Below, piece after piece: positions 62,861-64,000 of a stretch of DNA of 64,000 nucleotides. The first letter of the stretch is position 1, and each line of letters opens with the position of its first letter. Under the pieces are notes generated by a model. That model worked only from the letters and a program-made list of their open reading frames with translations, made no database searches and was not told the DNA's origin. The stretch is from Balanoglossus misakiensis (taxonomy: Eukaryota > Animalia > Hemichordata): contig CM082595.2 in assembly GCA_040954595.2 (NCBI GenBank), positions 8,228,317-8,292,316 on the forward strand. The letters are read 5' to 3'. Both the position numbers and the translations under genes were made by a program.

Positions 62861-64000
62861 ATGGCATATGTTACATCATGAATCAAAAATCAAGCAAGTT
62901 AAGTTGAGTACGAGATACTGACAAGAACGTCTCAGTCAACCTATTGCATGCAGCACATTGTCAACATCGCGTCGATCGTGTTTGGCATGATCATGATGAC
63001 GCTTGACGTGCAAGGCGACTCAATAGATTGCCACATCACAAACCAGTACAAATTGTGCATCGTGTGGTCATGTTACGTGTACGACAAATCTAACGGTTAT
63101 GAGAAGGAGGTAAAATCTCAACTTACCAACACTCAGTCAGTCTGATAAGATACGATGCAGCATGTAAGGCAGAATCCGACGAAAAGTCCTGGTACTAGGT
63201 CAAGCTAGTAAAAGAACGCCATATTCTCTGTACCGATACACCGCCCTCTCTGGACAGTCTCCGTACCAATACACCCGCCCTCTTTAGACAAATTTATCTC
63301 GAGATCTCGAGATAAAAAAATAAAAAGTCAGGAAAACGAATGGAATTATCTCGAGATCTCGAGATAATTTTTTATTTATTGCGTATGTACATGTCCCCAA
63401 CTGGCTTTCATATAAAACCACTGCATCAGGTGAATCTCAATTTTTAAGAGCGATACTTCAAACATGCGATAGGGTAAGTGCGCGAGTCGAAGAGTTCCTG
63501 CCCAGCTACCATGTGGGCAGTGGTGAGGCTTATCCCTGGGGAGGCAGCTGACGTAAGGTCGCGTGTTGATGACATGACCCAAGGTCATCTATCATCCACC
63601 GAGAGCGCATGTGCAGCTACAGTGTACATACGGAGAAAGTACGGTGTTTTGGTGTGGGAGGCACATATAATTAGATTTTTTACTACACTTCGTGAAAATT
63701 AACTCAGGAAAGTAAATATAACAGTTTGCCTTTGTATCAATTACGGTACTGTGACAGGAGTGTCTGGCATGCTCCGATAGAAATTATGGAATGTTTGGTT
63801 AAAGTAACTGGATTACAACTTGATATAGGTAAGGCTGCATTCACAAACACCTCTGGAGGGGGGGGGGGGGCAGGGGAATTGAGGGGGGGGGGGATTTGAA
63901 AAAATTGAGGGTATGTAAGGGGGGGATTTGAAATAATTTAGGGACTGAAAGGGGGGGACTTGAAAACTTTGACGACTAAATATTTATTTTGAGTCCACAA

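Larger units (their letters stand above)
55600..63412. mobile_element. IS3EU-type DNA transposon, apparently intact
   Basis: TIRs TATGAAAGCCAGTTGGGGACATGTAC... / ...GTACATGTCCCCAACTGGCTTTCATA. 6-bp TSD TAAAAC at 55594-55599 and 63413-63418. Two convergent genes inside. Confidence 0.9.

Overview
AT-rich eukaryotic DNA, probably from a marine invertebrate (inferred from the TE families and spliceosomal introns), made almost entirely of nested transposable elements. From left to right: a PAT-like tyrosine-recombinase (YR) retrotransposon (937-7720) sits inside a rearranged Ty3/Gypsy element. The Gypsy sits inside a BEL/Pao element, which sits inside a ~500-bp satellite that two LINE fragments also interrupt. 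Next come a Roc-COR/death-domain (DAPK1-like) terminal exon with a premature stop, a foldback-like element built from 63-bp repeats, a decayed multi-exon Kolobok/MULE-like transposase with a Sola2 element nested in an intron, and a decayed RAG1-core-like transposase with a SAP-like motif. Last is an apparently intact IS3EU-type DNA transposon (55600-63412, 6-bp TSD) carrying a convergent HECT ubiquitin-ligase gene. Two observations stand out. (1) The YR element looks built to express gag, pol and recombinase by splicing one shared leader exon to three phase-0 acceptors, each unit with its own AATAAA. (2) The HECT-carrying transposon has an antisense copy of its own catalytic exon inside its transposase intron. 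Family names come from motif recognition only; no database searches were run.
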